NCBI GenBank assembly: GCA_965208325.1
Contig: OZ242326.1
Span: forward strand, 1,664,001-1,728,000
Direction: 5' to 3'
DNA length: 64,000 bases
Source of the DNA: Candidatus Poribacteria bacterium
GTDB taxonomy: Bacteria; Poribacteria; WGA-4E; PCPOR2b
Both the position numbers and the translations under genes were made by a program. Below the pieces are notes generated by a model that did no database searches, was not told the origin of the DNA, and was given only the letters and a program-made list of their open reading frames with translations. Positions 1-9,198 of this stretch are shown piece after piece. Position 1 is the stretch's first letter, and every line of letters begins with the position of its first letter.

Positions 1-848
1 TGGAGGTCACCAAGTTGATTAGAAAGGTTTTGGACATCTTCACGAAGCGTTATATTTTCATGCTCTAGCTGCTCGCAACGGGATTCAATTTCCTCGTATT
101 GATGCTGTTCGTGATCCTTTAATTGGCTGATTTCGCCGGCTAACTCTTGGAGTTGTTGTTTAAGTTCACTATTTTCGTGCTGCGACGCCGCCTGTTCACG
201 CCGAAATTCATGAATAGTTTCGTGGAGTTCATCAATCTTTGCATTTTGCTCAGAAATCTGGTTTAAGTCAGGTTTAGCGTCCGGACTAGTTAACAAAGCG
301 GCGCTGACGGCTTCGTCACCTACATCGCGGCTAGGCTGAGCATTCTCGAAGTCCATATCCGACGCCTGGGCGTCAGATTCTGCCGGTAAGCTTCGCGAAT
401 CTACATTTTGGTTAGCTTCGTTAGAAATTGCTTGGGACTGTAGGAGTTGATCGTGCTGCGCAAGCAGCGTGACACCGTGCTGCTGCACATCGTCACGCGG
501 ATTAATCAAGAGCGCCCAAATCATTGAGCCGAATTCCCCATCTTCCAAAAGTTGCGCCGCATCTCTCAAGTAGAGCCGAATCTCTTCGACATTCATGTAC
601 TCTACCCGGCGTGCCGCTTGTTCCGCCTTTTTTACAAGCGACCAACTCACCAACTTTTCAATAATGGCTTTATCAAAGAATTCCGCCGCTAATGTTTTCG
701 AAAGGGAATGCAATTCCTCCGATTCACTATGGATACCACATTGCTCCGCCAACGTCGTAATTTCTTGTCCGCTGAAGCAGTCATCAAGAATCCAAGCCAG
801 ATGATGTGCGGGAATACGTACATTCACCTTTGGATAATCCTGAAACAT
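1..848 (-). CDS. Hypothetical protein with coiled-coil region (runs off the window start)
   Basis: Not in the ORF track. Read by hand from ATG at 848 (GGAG RBS): MFQDYPKVNVRIPAHHLAWILDDCF... open to position 1, with an E/Q/L-rich heptad-like stretch (ELKQQLQELAGEISQLKDHEQ...). Confidence 0.75.
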   Translation of the reverse strand, partial: MFQDYPKVNVRIPAHHLAWILDDCFSGQEITTLAEQCGIHSESEELHSLSKTLAAEFFDKAIIEKLVSWSLVKKAEQAARRVEYMNVEEIRLYLRDAAQLLEDGEFGSMIWALLINPRDDVQQHGVTLLAQHDQLLQSQAISNEANQNVDSRSLPAESDAQASDMDFENAQPSRDVGDEAVSAALLTSPDAKPDLNQISEQNAKIDELHETIHEFRREQAASQHENSELKQQLQELAGEISQLKDHEQHQYEEIESRCEQLEHENITLREDVQNLSNQLGDL

Positions 849-951
849 GGCTAATCTCCAAAATGTGAGGGGTTAGGTGTAATCATTAATCCACAAGGAA
901 AACAGAAGGGATTCAGAAAACGATTGATTCTGATAATCTTATTCATAAAGC

Positions 952-1374
952 CTACGCCGATCTCTGCATTCTTGCTGATAACTTTGCACCGATCCACGCC
1001 ATAGGCAAATAGGCGCCTACTAAGTCCACGACGACAAACCAAACGGGAGACGGCAGCATCAATGCATTGATACTACCTAATATCAGAAATAAAACACCAA
1101 TCACCAACGCCACTGTCATCTTGGAAGTAGCAGCTATGAATACTGCGGCAAAAGCGCCTACCAGCGTTCCCAAAGCGTGTGCTACGAACGGGACAATGAA
1201 GTGTTTAAATTCGAAAAGATGCATGCCGGACTTGATGGATTCGACATCTCTCACATCAACACCCGCAGGGGGCGGGATGATTTCGGCGCCAACTATGACC
1301 AGTCCCATATTTACAGCGCTACCTGCGGCGAGGCCTGCGATGACGGCTAGCCCATTTCTGATTATTGGATTCAT
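952..1374 (-). CDS. Small integral membrane protein (about 4 TM), function unknown
   Basis: Four hydrophobic segments. Start moved to ATG 1374 (MNPIIRN) behind a GAGGAG RBS. Confidence 0.75.
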   Translation of the reverse strand: MNPIIRNGLAVIAGLAAGSAVNMGLVIVGAEIIPPPAGVDVRDVESIKSGMHLFEFKHFIVPFVAHALGTLVGAFAAVFIAATSKMTVALVIGVLFLILGSINALMLPSPVWFVVVDLVGAYLPMAWIGAKLSARMQRSA

Positions 1375-1465
1375 AACTCTCCTCACCGGTTAGTTTGTAC
1401 GGGATTTTGCCCCATCGTTACTTATTAACGCCTTGCGCTTGAGAAACGGAGAGAATCAGCGATCG

Positions 1466-2782
1466 TTAAATCTTGATTATTTTATCTTGATGATTATCGA
1501 CTGATTTTGTTGCATTTCGCGAATCTACAACCACATCAGCACATTCGACAAGCCAATCGTAATTTATGCTTGAATGATCTGTCATAATCGCGACGCAATC
1601 CACCTGACTAATGAGTTCGACGGTCAACTCCTGAGACATATAACGGTCCGGAAAACTATCCCCTGTACTTCCTACGTGAAATTCCGGAACGTAAGGATCG
1701 TGATATAGAATTTCACCGCCGCGGCCGGTGAGCAGGCGGACCACATCAATCGCCGGGGATTCTCGAATGTCCCCCACGTCCTTTTTGTATGCGACACCAA
1801 TAATCAAAATTTTTGAGCCGTTTACCGCCTTTCGTTGGCGATTAAGTGCGTCAATAACCTTGTCCAGCACATATTCTGGCATTGAACTGTTGATTTCGCT
1901 GGCAAGTTCAATAAACCGGGCGTAAAACTCATACGTCTTCGCCTTCCACGATAGATGCAACGGATCGACTGGGAGGCAGTGTCCGCCCAAACCGGGTCCG
2001 GGGTAAAACGGCATGAATCCAAACGGTTTTGTCGCTGCCGCATCGACGATTTCCCAGACATCCAGATTCATTCGGTCGCACATCAACGCCATTTCATTCA
2101 CTAGGCCAATATTGACACTGCGGAACGTATTTTCTAGCAGTTTGACCATTTCCGCTGTCCTCGTGGAGGAAACCGGATGTACCTCGTTAATAAACTCTTC
2201 ATAAAAACGCTGCGCAATTCGCGTACAAGCGGGGGTTATCCCGCCGACAATCTTCGGTGTGTTCACGGTCGTGTAGATTTTGTTGCCGGGATCGATCCGC
2301 TCGGGCGAAAATGCGAGGAAAAAATCTCGGCCGACCTTTAAGCCGGTTGACTCAAGCTTTGGCAGGACAACTTCCTCCGTTGTACCGGGATAGGTCGTAC
2401 TCTCTAGTATTATCAACTGATCTTTATGCAAATACTGCGCAGCGCGCTCCACCGCTGAAAGAATAAAACTCATGTCCGGATCTTTACTCTTCCGCAACGG
2501 CGTCGGAACGCAAATATTGACCGTATCCAAATCTTTCAACGCCCGATAATCCGTTGTGGCGTGAATCTGCCCACGTTCGACCAAAGGCGCGACGTTCTCT
2601 GAAGGCACGTCCGGAACGTAAGAAATCCCCTGCTGAATTCGCACAACTTTACTGCTGGATGTATCTATCCCCGTCACGGAAAAGCCCGCTTTCGCAATCG
2701 CAACCGCGAGGGGCAGACCGACGTAGCCAAGCCCGATAACACCTGCGCGAAGTGTTCGAGCCTCAATCTTTTGTCGAATCAT
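1466..2782 (-). CDS. Nucleotide-sugar (UDP-GlcNAc/UDP-ManNAc type) 6-dehydrogenase
   Basis: GLGYVG Rossmann motif, ICVPTP, LESTTYPGTT, SPERIDPG, GGHC catalytic motif, YKKDVGDIRESP. Confidence 0.93.
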   Translation of the reverse strand: MIRQKIEARTLRAGVIGLGYVGLPLAVAIAKAGFSVTGIDTSSSKVVRIQQGISYVPDVPSENVAPLVERGQIHATTDYRALKDLDTVNICVPTPLRKSKDPDMSFILSAVERAAQYLHKDQLIILESTTYPGTTEEVVLPKLESTGLKVGRDFFLAFSPERIDPGNKIYTTVNTPKIVGGITPACTRIAQRFYEEFINEVHPVSSTRTAEMVKLLENTFRSVNIGLVNEMALMCDRMNLDVWEIVDAAATKPFGFMPFYPGPGLGGHCLPVDPLHLSWKAKTYEFYARFIELASEINSSMPEYVLDKVIDALNRQRKAVNGSKILIIGVAYKKDVGDIRESPAIDVVRLLTGRGGEILYHDPYVPEFHVGSTGDSFPDRYMSQELTVELISQVDCVAIMTDHSSINYDWLVECADVVVDSRNATKSVDNHQDKIIKI

Positions 2783-2836
2783 ATGCCGTTGAATAAGTTA
2801 TGTATTGAAAGGCAGTTAAGGATTAGTCATGAATGG

Positions 2837-3403
2837 TCAATCGGATTCATTGAGTATCCATAACGCCGCCCGATATAGGTCGGCGAAAATCTTTGCCGCA
2901 CGTAAATTATCGTGAGAACCGGGATTGTGAGTCTGTTTATCATCGACTTGCGAGTAGTTTCCCGTCAATACAAAAACGGATTGGCATCCAACTTGTTGAC
3001 CTGCCGCGATGTCCCTTATCGAATCCCCAACGAGGTAAGACTGCGGCAAGTCGATTCCGTGCTCGTGCGCCGCTTGGATTAGTAACCCCGGCTTGGGTTT
3101 TCGGCAACTGCACCCTTCGTCCGCCCGATGAGGACAGTGGTAAATTGCGTGAATACGACCTCCAGCCCGCTCAATTTCCGTCATCATCCGCTGGTGAATG
3201 CCGTCCAGTGTTCGTGGAGCAACGATGCCTTTGTTGATGCAGGACTGGTTTGTGACGACAATAAGACGGTGTCCGGCATCCGTGAGACGTTGAATTGCTC
3301 TTAGCGAATTCGGGATGAATTCAAATTCGTCCCAACTCTTGACATAGTCATTTTTGCGATTGCGATTGATTACCCCATCCCGATCAAGAAAGACGGTCTT
3401 CAC
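2837..3403 (-). CDS. gmhB: D-glycero-beta-D-manno-heptose 1,7-bisphosphate phosphatase
   Basis: FLDRDGVIN HAD motif, VTNQS, CPH...CSCRKPKPG, VGD. GTG start at 3403 with GGAGG RBS. Confidence 0.92.
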   Translation of the reverse strand: MKTVFLDRDGVINRNRKNDYVKSWDEFEFIPNSLRAIQRLTDAGHRLIVVTNQSCINKGIVAPRTLDGIHQRMMTEIERAGGRIHAIYHCPHRADEGCSCRKPKPGLLIQAAHEHGIDLPQSYLVGDSIRDIAAGQQVGCQSVFVLTGNYSQVDDKQTHNPGSHDNLRAAKIFADLYRAALWILNESD

Positions 3404-4442
3404 GCTGCGCCTCCAAACAAATCGCCTGAGAAAGGCTATCGTGCGTAGCGGCGGCGCATCCGACCTCGCCAACAACGATTCCGCCCGCTAAATTAGAAAG
3501 CCGCGCGGCATCATACATGTCGGCACCGGCGGCGAGCGCAAGCGTAAATACCGCCACAACCGTGTCACCTGCACCGGTGTCGTCGAAAACATCGCGGGGC
3601 TGCGCAGGAGAAATGTGCTCTACTTGCATTCGCGGGCTGTCTCCAATCCTGCGAAATAGAGACATACCTTGTTCACCGCGAGTGATGAGTAAACCGTCCA
3701 GAGCCAATCTGTCCAAAATCTCTTCGCCGACCCCAATTAAGGAATTTTCGTCCGTAATTTCCCGGTTCAATGCGGCACCGGCTTCTTTGTGGTTCGGCGT
3801 GATGGATGTTACGCCTTTGTAGTGCCAAAAATTCTCGACCTTGGGATCCACGACGATCGGCTTGTTATATTGACGAGCTACAATGAGAATATTTTCGATG
3901 AGTTCCGGGTTCAAAACTCCTTTCTCGTAGTCCTCAATTATGAGGGCGTCCGCCTGTGAAATTCGATCGGTTACCGCCTTCAGCAACTCATCCTGTAAGG
4001 ACGCATCGACGGGCAAACTCGATTCTCGGTCAATTCGCAAAAGTTGTTGATGATTGGACACACTCGTTGACGAGGCTCGCGCAATCACGCGCGTCTTGGC
4101 GCTTGTTGGGCGGCTTGAATCGGTGTGGATGCCGCCGGTATTTATCCCTGCTTCTTGAAGTATACCAATCAGTGTTTTTCCGTTGCTGTCACTGCCAATC
4201 ACCCCAATGAGGTTGGCGTACCCGCCGAGGCTCGCAACGTTATGCGCTACGTTAGCAGCACCGCCGAATAGAGCTGTTTCAGAGGTCGTTTCCAATACTG
4301 GTACGGGAGCTTCCGGTGAAATTCGTTTAACATCTCCCCAGATATACTCATCTAAGATGAGGTCGCCGATGATTACAACATGTTTTCCTTCCAGCCGATC
4401 TAATATAGCTTGTAAGCTCTCCCTCGCCAAATGCCACCCCAT
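3384..4442 (-). CDS. rfaE1: D-glycero-beta-D-manno-heptose-7-phosphate kinase (HldE domain I, PfkB family)
   Basis: GDLILDEY, RISPEAPVPV, GGAANVA, VDPK, ITRGEQGM, DTGAGDTV. Confidence 0.93.
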   Translation of the reverse strand: MGWHLARESLQAILDRLEGKHVVIIGDLILDEYIWGDVKRISPEAPVPVLETTSETALFGGAANVAHNVASLGGYANLIGVIGSDSNGKTLIGILQEAGINTGGIHTDSSRPTSAKTRVIARASSTSVSNHQQLLRIDRESSLPVDASLQDELLKAVTDRISQADALIIEDYEKGVLNPELIENILIVARQYNKPIVVDPKVENFWHYKGVTSITPNHKEAGAALNREITDENSLIGVGEEILDRLALDGLLITRGEQGMSLFRRIGDSPRMQVEHISPAQPRDVFDDTGAGDTVVAVFTLALAAGADMYDAARLSNLAGGIVVGEVGCAAATHDSLSQAICLEAQREDRLS

Positions 4443-4597
4443 CGCGTCTTACAATTTTAGCATACCTTCACGAATCTCATCAAGGAGAACGCTATTTCTG
4501 AAGTTTTTCATCTGCCTGTAATGCATTTCTGCGATTCCGGTCAACCCCCAAATCGTCTTTTCTGTGAGAAACAGAAACTGCGAAAACAACAATGCAA

Positions 4598-5473
4598 TTA
4601 TGTGGAAGGGTAAATGAGGTATCCGGTGCGTTCGGTGCGAACGCGAAATAGACAGCCCCCCGCGGTCACATACAGCGTTCGCAGATCGTCATCTCCAAAG
4701 GTGCAATTGGTTGGGATATCTACCGGCATCGGATGCGATTCCAAGACACGTCCGTTCGGCGCGAAAACATAAATCATGGGACCAGGCCCGCTCTTCCGCC
4801 AGCCTGCGGCGGCGACGATATTGCCTTCGGTATCCAAACACATACCGTCAACACCGCGATGGGGGTAAAAGTTGTGCAGAATTTCATAATCGCCAACCGT
4901 GCCGTCTTCTCTTATGGGATAGGCGCGCAATTCTCGCTTCTTATTTTCACCGTATTCGCTCTGAGCCACGTAAAGCCATTTCCCATCTAGCGAAATTAAG
5001 AGTCCATTCGGTTTTGTTGTGTCGTGGGTGACCCGACTGATTTTCCAGGTGTCATCTGGTTGGGGATCCAATCGAAACACCGACTGGTGATCCAGTTCCA
5101 AATCATCGGTTCTGTCGCCGTAGCGCGGATCGGTAAACCAGAGACTGCCTTGTGTATCGAAAGCAAGATCGTTCGGGCTGTTGAGTCGTTTCTCATCAAA
5201 TGTTTCCGCAACGACAGTGGTTGTACCGTCCCGGTCGTATCGCACAATCCGCCTGCCGCCGCCCTCGCACCCGTACAACTGCCCCGTTCTGTCGAACATG
5301 AGTCCATTGGCACCGTTCGTTCCTGTCCGAAAGACGGTGCATTCACCGCAACCCGGTGTGTATCGCATAATGCGGCTGTTCGGGATGTCGGTAAAGAGCA
5401 CTGCCTCCCCGTCCCAAGCGGACCCTTCCGTAAAGCTGAACGGTCCAGCAACCTGTTCAAAGTCCCAATGCAT
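4598..5473 (-). CDS. SMP-30/gluconolactonase/LRE family protein
   Basis: FTEG, LFTDIP, NGL, LNSPND, WFTDPRYG, PNG, DGM, PTNCTFG. Start set at MHWDFEQ. Confidence 0.9.
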   Translation of the reverse strand: MHWDFEQVAGPFSFTEGSAWDGEAVLFTDIPNSRIMRYTPGCGECTVFRTGTNGANGLMFDRTGQLYGCEGGGRRIVRYDRDGTTTVVAETFDEKRLNSPNDLAFDTQGSLWFTDPRYGDRTDDLELDHQSVFRLDPQPDDTWKISRVTHDTTKPNGLLISLDGKWLYVAQSEYGENKKRELRAYPIREDGTVGDYEILHNFYPHRGVDGMCLDTEGNIVAAAGWRKSGPGPMIYVFAPNGRVLESHPMPVDIPTNCTFGDDDLRTLYVTAGGCLFRVRTERTGYLIYPST

Positions 5474-5618
5474 TTCCTGCCTCTTAAAAGTACGTGTCGA
5501 TTCAGATGCTTTATTGAAGCATACACGAATCCATAAAAGAAGGCAAGGAAAAAGTTGGCGATTATTCGACGGAGTCGATGGATTCGCGGCGATACGCCAT
5601 CCAATAATGAAATGACGT

Positions 5619-6122
5619 TTAATCCATTTCAAGAGGCGTGAGAATCTGTGTATCGGCGGGGATTTGCGGCACGGTGCAGGCTTCAAAAGTCAATTGCAAA
5701 TCGCGGGGTCGGTACGGCGTTCCGAACGCACCTAGAGTAGATTCTCGAACGATGCGTTGGAGATGGCGGACTGATGCTTGCGCGAATCTAGCGTTGACAA
5801 ACAGGTACGAATTCGGCGTGACGGCTTCGCCGCGGTGCCGCTTCCACCTGAGAAATGTCTTCAACTGTCCGTGAAATTCGTTCGATACGGGTATGGACCG
5901 CGGGTTATTTTCGTGCCCAACTTTCGCGCCAATGTGGAGGTGGGTAAACGTTTCAACGCTGGGTTTTAAATCGGCGACGCGTAATTCACGAAGTTCAGCA
6001 ACACTCAACCCGGTCCGCAGAATGGTTAGCACAACGCAGAAATCTCGAAAGTTGCGGTTTCGATGCGTCCAGTCAAGAAGTCGTAGTTCCTCATCAATGG
6101 TGAGTATCTTCGGTCTGCGCAT
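5619..6122 (-). CDS. Tyrosine-recombinase catalytic-domain homolog with substituted active site
   Basis: PKILT.DE..RL, RD...L..TGLSVAEL..LRVADL, R.IP, YLF, SVRHLQRIV, PRDLQLTF. Catalytic R and HxxR are replaced and the LGH...Y tail is absent. Confidence 0.75.
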   Translation of the reverse strand: MRRPKILTIDEELRLLDWTHRNRNFRDFCVVLTILRTGLSVAELRELRVADLKPSVETFTHLHIGAKVGHENNPRSIPVSNEFHGQLKTFLRWKRHRGEAVTPNSYLFVNARFAQASVRHLQRIVRESTLGAFGTPYRPRDLQLTFEACTVPQIPADTQILTPLEMD

Positions 6123-6199
6123 CCTGCACGTGTTCCCATCAAGGTGACGAGCTGTTTTGCCGCAATTGCGCTGCCCGTACTCGAAGAGCCCGGAATAGA

Positions 6200-6709
6200 T
6201 TATTGTTTAAATTTCCGCTTCAAAATCTCCAACACAACCGGAGGCACCATTTCTATTAGCTTGTCTTCACTCACTTTTTGTCCGCCAATCTGTAAAATTT
6301 CCATGACGAGTGTGGAACTCAAATGAGCAAATTTTGTGTTTGCCATCATGAATAAGGTGTCAACCCCAGGGGCTATTTGGCGGTTCATGCGCGCCATTTG
6401 GAATTCCTTCTCAAAGTCGGAGAATTCTCTGAGACCCCGAATAATTGTGCAGGCGCCTCGCTCTTGCGCATATTGTGCTGTGAGACCGGAAAACTTGTCT
6501 ATGCCAACATTGGGGTAAGGATGGATGACAGCTTCCAACATTTCAATCTGTTCTTGAAGCGTAAATCGAGCGGTTTTGGCAGGATTAATGCCGATTGCCA
6601 CAATCAGCGAATCGAAAAGGGAGAGATTGCAGACGCGATCGATTAAATCGACGTGACCGTTCGTAACGGGATCGAAACTTGCGGGAAAAATCGCGATTTT
6701 TTTGGACAC
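6200..6709 (-). CDS. coaD: Pantetheine-phosphate adenylyltransferase
   Basis: AIFPASFDPVTNGHVD, IIRGLR..SDFE.EFQMA.MN, LSST.V. Confidence 0.95.
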   Translation of the reverse strand: MSKKIAIFPASFDPVTNGHVDLIDRVCNLSLFDSLIVAIGINPAKTARFTLQEQIEMLEAVIHPYPNVGIDKFSGLTAQYAQERGACTIIRGLREFSDFEKEFQMARMNRQIAPGVDTLFMMANTKFAHLSSTLVMEILQIGGQKVSEDKLIEMVPPVVLEILKRKFKQ

Positions 6710-6845
6710 GCCGGAATCCTTATTTCACAACATTACGGGGATTGAGAGTGTGATTCAGGTTGCCGAAATCTTAACACACGGCTGTTGCGCCCGTCAACTC
6801 GAATGTGTTACCGCGTTCGTACCGGACACATTGCAGAAAAATCGA

Positions 6846-6874
6846 TTGACCAAATCCCCATGCTAGTTTATCAT
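6846..6874 (+). promoter_or_regulatory. Sigma70-type promoter for the HAD gene
   Basis: TTGACC-N17-TATCAT, about 50 nt upstream of ATG 6924. Confidence 0.55.
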
Positions 6875-6923
6875 ATCAATGCTATCCTAGGATTTTCGCG
6901 AGCCACGTCAATTTCCCTCAGAC

Positions 6924-7646
6924 ATGATTAAAGCCGTCACATTCGATTTTTGGCAAACCCTTTACGCCGATTCGCAAGAACTGAAGCGCGAGCGTCAGGC
7001 GATGCGAACCCGTTACTGCCACAAATTTCTTGTGGAACAAGGGCACGACGTGACACCAACGGAAGTTAATTCTAGCATTCAAAATGCCTACAGGCTCGCG
7101 GAAACCATGTGGTATCAACATCGGGGGGTCACAGTTGACGCGTGTATTTTGCGCCTCCTAGATACGCTTGGGATTCAGCCAACGCCGCCAGTCGTGGAAC
7201 ACCTCGTTCACCTCACAGGCGAGGCTTGCTTGAACGTACCGCCGGTGCTCATACCGTACACCAATGATACGCTTGCTCAACTTAGCGGGAAGTATCAGTT
7301 AGGGATTATCTCAGACACGGGTTTGACGCCAAGCCGAGTTTTGCGCCAGTTAATGACAGCGGATGGCATGCTCGGATTGTTCGCAGCGCAGACCTATTCT
7401 GACGAGACGGCGCACACTAAACCGGAAGTCATACAGTTCCACTCGACGCTGAAACAGCTCAATGTACAGCCCGGTGAGGCGGTTCATATCGGTGATTTGG
7501 TTTGGACGGATATCGTCGGCGCGAAAAACGCTGGAATGAAAGCGATTCAATTTTCAGGCGTAACGGCAAGAGCGGACAACGATGAATTGTGCGATGCTGC
7601 GTTTGATGATTATCGGCAGCTTGAGGAGATCCTACATCGGTTGTGA
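6924..7646 (+). CDS. HAD-family hydrolase (subfamily IA)
   Basis: IKAVTFDFWQTL, LGIISDT, KP, HIGD...DIVGA..AGM. Confidence 0.9.
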   Translation: MIKAVTFDFWQTLYADSQELKRERQAMRTRYCHKFLVEQGHDVTPTEVNSSIQNAYRLAETMWYQHRGVTVDACILRLLDTLGIQPTPPVVEHLVHLTGEACLNVPPVLIPYTNDTLAQLSGKYQLGIISDTGLTPSRVLRQLMTADGMLGLFAAQTYSDETAHTKPEVIQFHSTLKQLNVQPGEAVHIGDLVWTDIVGAKNAGMKAIQFSGVTARADNDELCDAAFDDYRQLEEILHRL

Positions 7647-7690
7647 GTACATGGCAGGAGTTAAGCCTTGTCAAATCTTGGCGAATCCGA

Positions 7691-9103
7691 CTACCACCGT
7701 TCATCAGCAATCCTGGCGCCAGGCATGATAAAGTGTTCCGCCATTGTCGCTTCGGCGACGCGGCGCTGAAAGTAATCGGTCTCGCTACTCATTGACGTAA
7801 CCCCGCCAATGACGTAAACCATGGCGTTCAATTGACGGCATACCGCAATCGCCCTACCGGGAGTATATCCGCCCTTGCGTCGGCGGCTGGTTGGTTCATT
7901 AGTTACGATTATCAGGACAAGTTGGCGATTCTCAGGTGTTTCGAGTTTAGGGACGCCTTCCACTATTGCGTCGAGGAGATGTTCATCACCTTCTTTGGGA
8001 AGCCGAAATATCTTCTTGACCTGCTCGGCATCCAACGGCGGTTTTGTCACCACGATTGAACTTTCTCCCCCGCCTACTCGCGCCCAAAACCGGATAAGCC
8101 CAAATCGATAGTCGAGGCCGCTCTCATCAAGGATAGCCACCAATCTATCAACACCTGTACAAATCTCATCAGTATTTGGTTCCATGCTGAAGCTGGAATC
8201 GAAGACGAAGGCAATATCGGAAGGTGACTTCACTGTTTCGACGAAGTGTTCGCCTATGAGTTCGAAAATTCCGCCAATTCTTTGAATCCGCTTATCCAAA
8301 TATGAGGGTGTCGTCCGTACCTGCTGGTATTCGTCAACTGCGTACCATTTCCCGCCGGTTTTCTCCGCCAACTGTAGCTGCGCGGCTTCATTTACTCCAA
8401 TAACATTGATGTGAACATCATCCTGCACACACCGTTCAATAATTTGATTCACAAGCCGCTGTTTTGCATTAGGCACATCCCATTCGGTTTGCAACGGGGA
8501 ATTTGTGACGACAATCATGTGCTTGCCGGCATCCGACCTGAAGTCCAACTCCCTTACTCCCCACATAATCGCCTCAAGTCCATATCCGTTGGATTGATTG
8601 TCCTGAAATTGAGCATGAAAGCCTGTTTGAATCGCACGGAGGTCGTTTCTGAACTGGCTGCCCTCGAATTTCGGATTGACCTGATTTTGAAACCAGACGG
8701 GCGCTATCCGGTAGTCCACCCCCGACTCGCCGAACACATTCAACACATTGTCAAGCTGTGTTTTCATGTCCACAATCGCCGCGGCCATCCTTTCGCCGCG
8801 TTCGATGACAAAGACAAAATCAGCTTTCTTATTCTTATTTTGGCGGCTAGCGCGCCGTGCGATGCCGCGGAGGCTTTTACCGACGTTTACCTTTGTTACC
8901 CTTTCCTCGTCTTTCGGCTCTTTTTTTGGGCTTATCATAACTCGCCGCTTTCTGCGCGGCGGTTGCACTTCCGCTCCGGCAATCGCTGCCAACCCATCAA
9001 CGCCAATCCAGACTGTCAGTATCATTAAAGCCATTCCAGATTTCATTTTGACTGATTTCAACATGTACATTGATGCACTCTCCTTCCGTGCCGCTCTAGT
9101 CAC
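7691..9103 (-). CDS. Exported tandem VWA-domain protein
   Basis: Two VWA-like units (ADFVFVIERGERM and SDIAFVFDSSFSM), each followed by VVTN/IVTN, plus an N-terminal hydrophobic segment. Start uncertain. Confidence 0.75.
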   Translation of the reverse strand: MTRAARKESASMYMLKSVKMKSGMALMILTVWIGVDGLAAIAGAEVQPPRRKRRVMISPKKEPKDEERVTKVNVGKSLRGIARRASRQNKNKKADFVFVIERGERMAAAIVDMKTQLDNVLNVFGESGVDYRIAPVWFQNQVNPKFEGSQFRNDLRAIQTGFHAQFQDNQSNGYGLEAIMWGVRELDFRSDAGKHMIVVTNSPLQTEWDVPNAKQRLVNQIIERCVQDDVHINVIGVNEAAQLQLAEKTGGKWYAVDEYQQVRTTPSYLDKRIQRIGGIFELIGEHFVETVKSPSDIAFVFDSSFSMEPNTDEICTGVDRLVAILDESGLDYRFGLIRFWARVGGGESSIVVTKPPLDAEQVKKIFRLPKEGDEHLLDAIVEGVPKLETPENRQLVLIIVTNEPTSRRRKGGYTPGRAIAVCRQLNAMVYVIGGVTSMSSETDYFQRRVAEATMAEHFIMPGARIADERW

Positions 9104-9198
9104 GGTGATTTACACAGCGTTGATCTGCATTTCCCGTTCGCCGCAGCCACGGAACGCTGATTTTCGATTTCCTGGTTTATTGATCCGACGGTGCAGTC

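Noticed and set aside
5619..6122. Active integrase marking a prophage or island boundary
   Set aside because: Catalytic residues are missing, no att site or tRNA is present, and the flanks are housekeeping genes.
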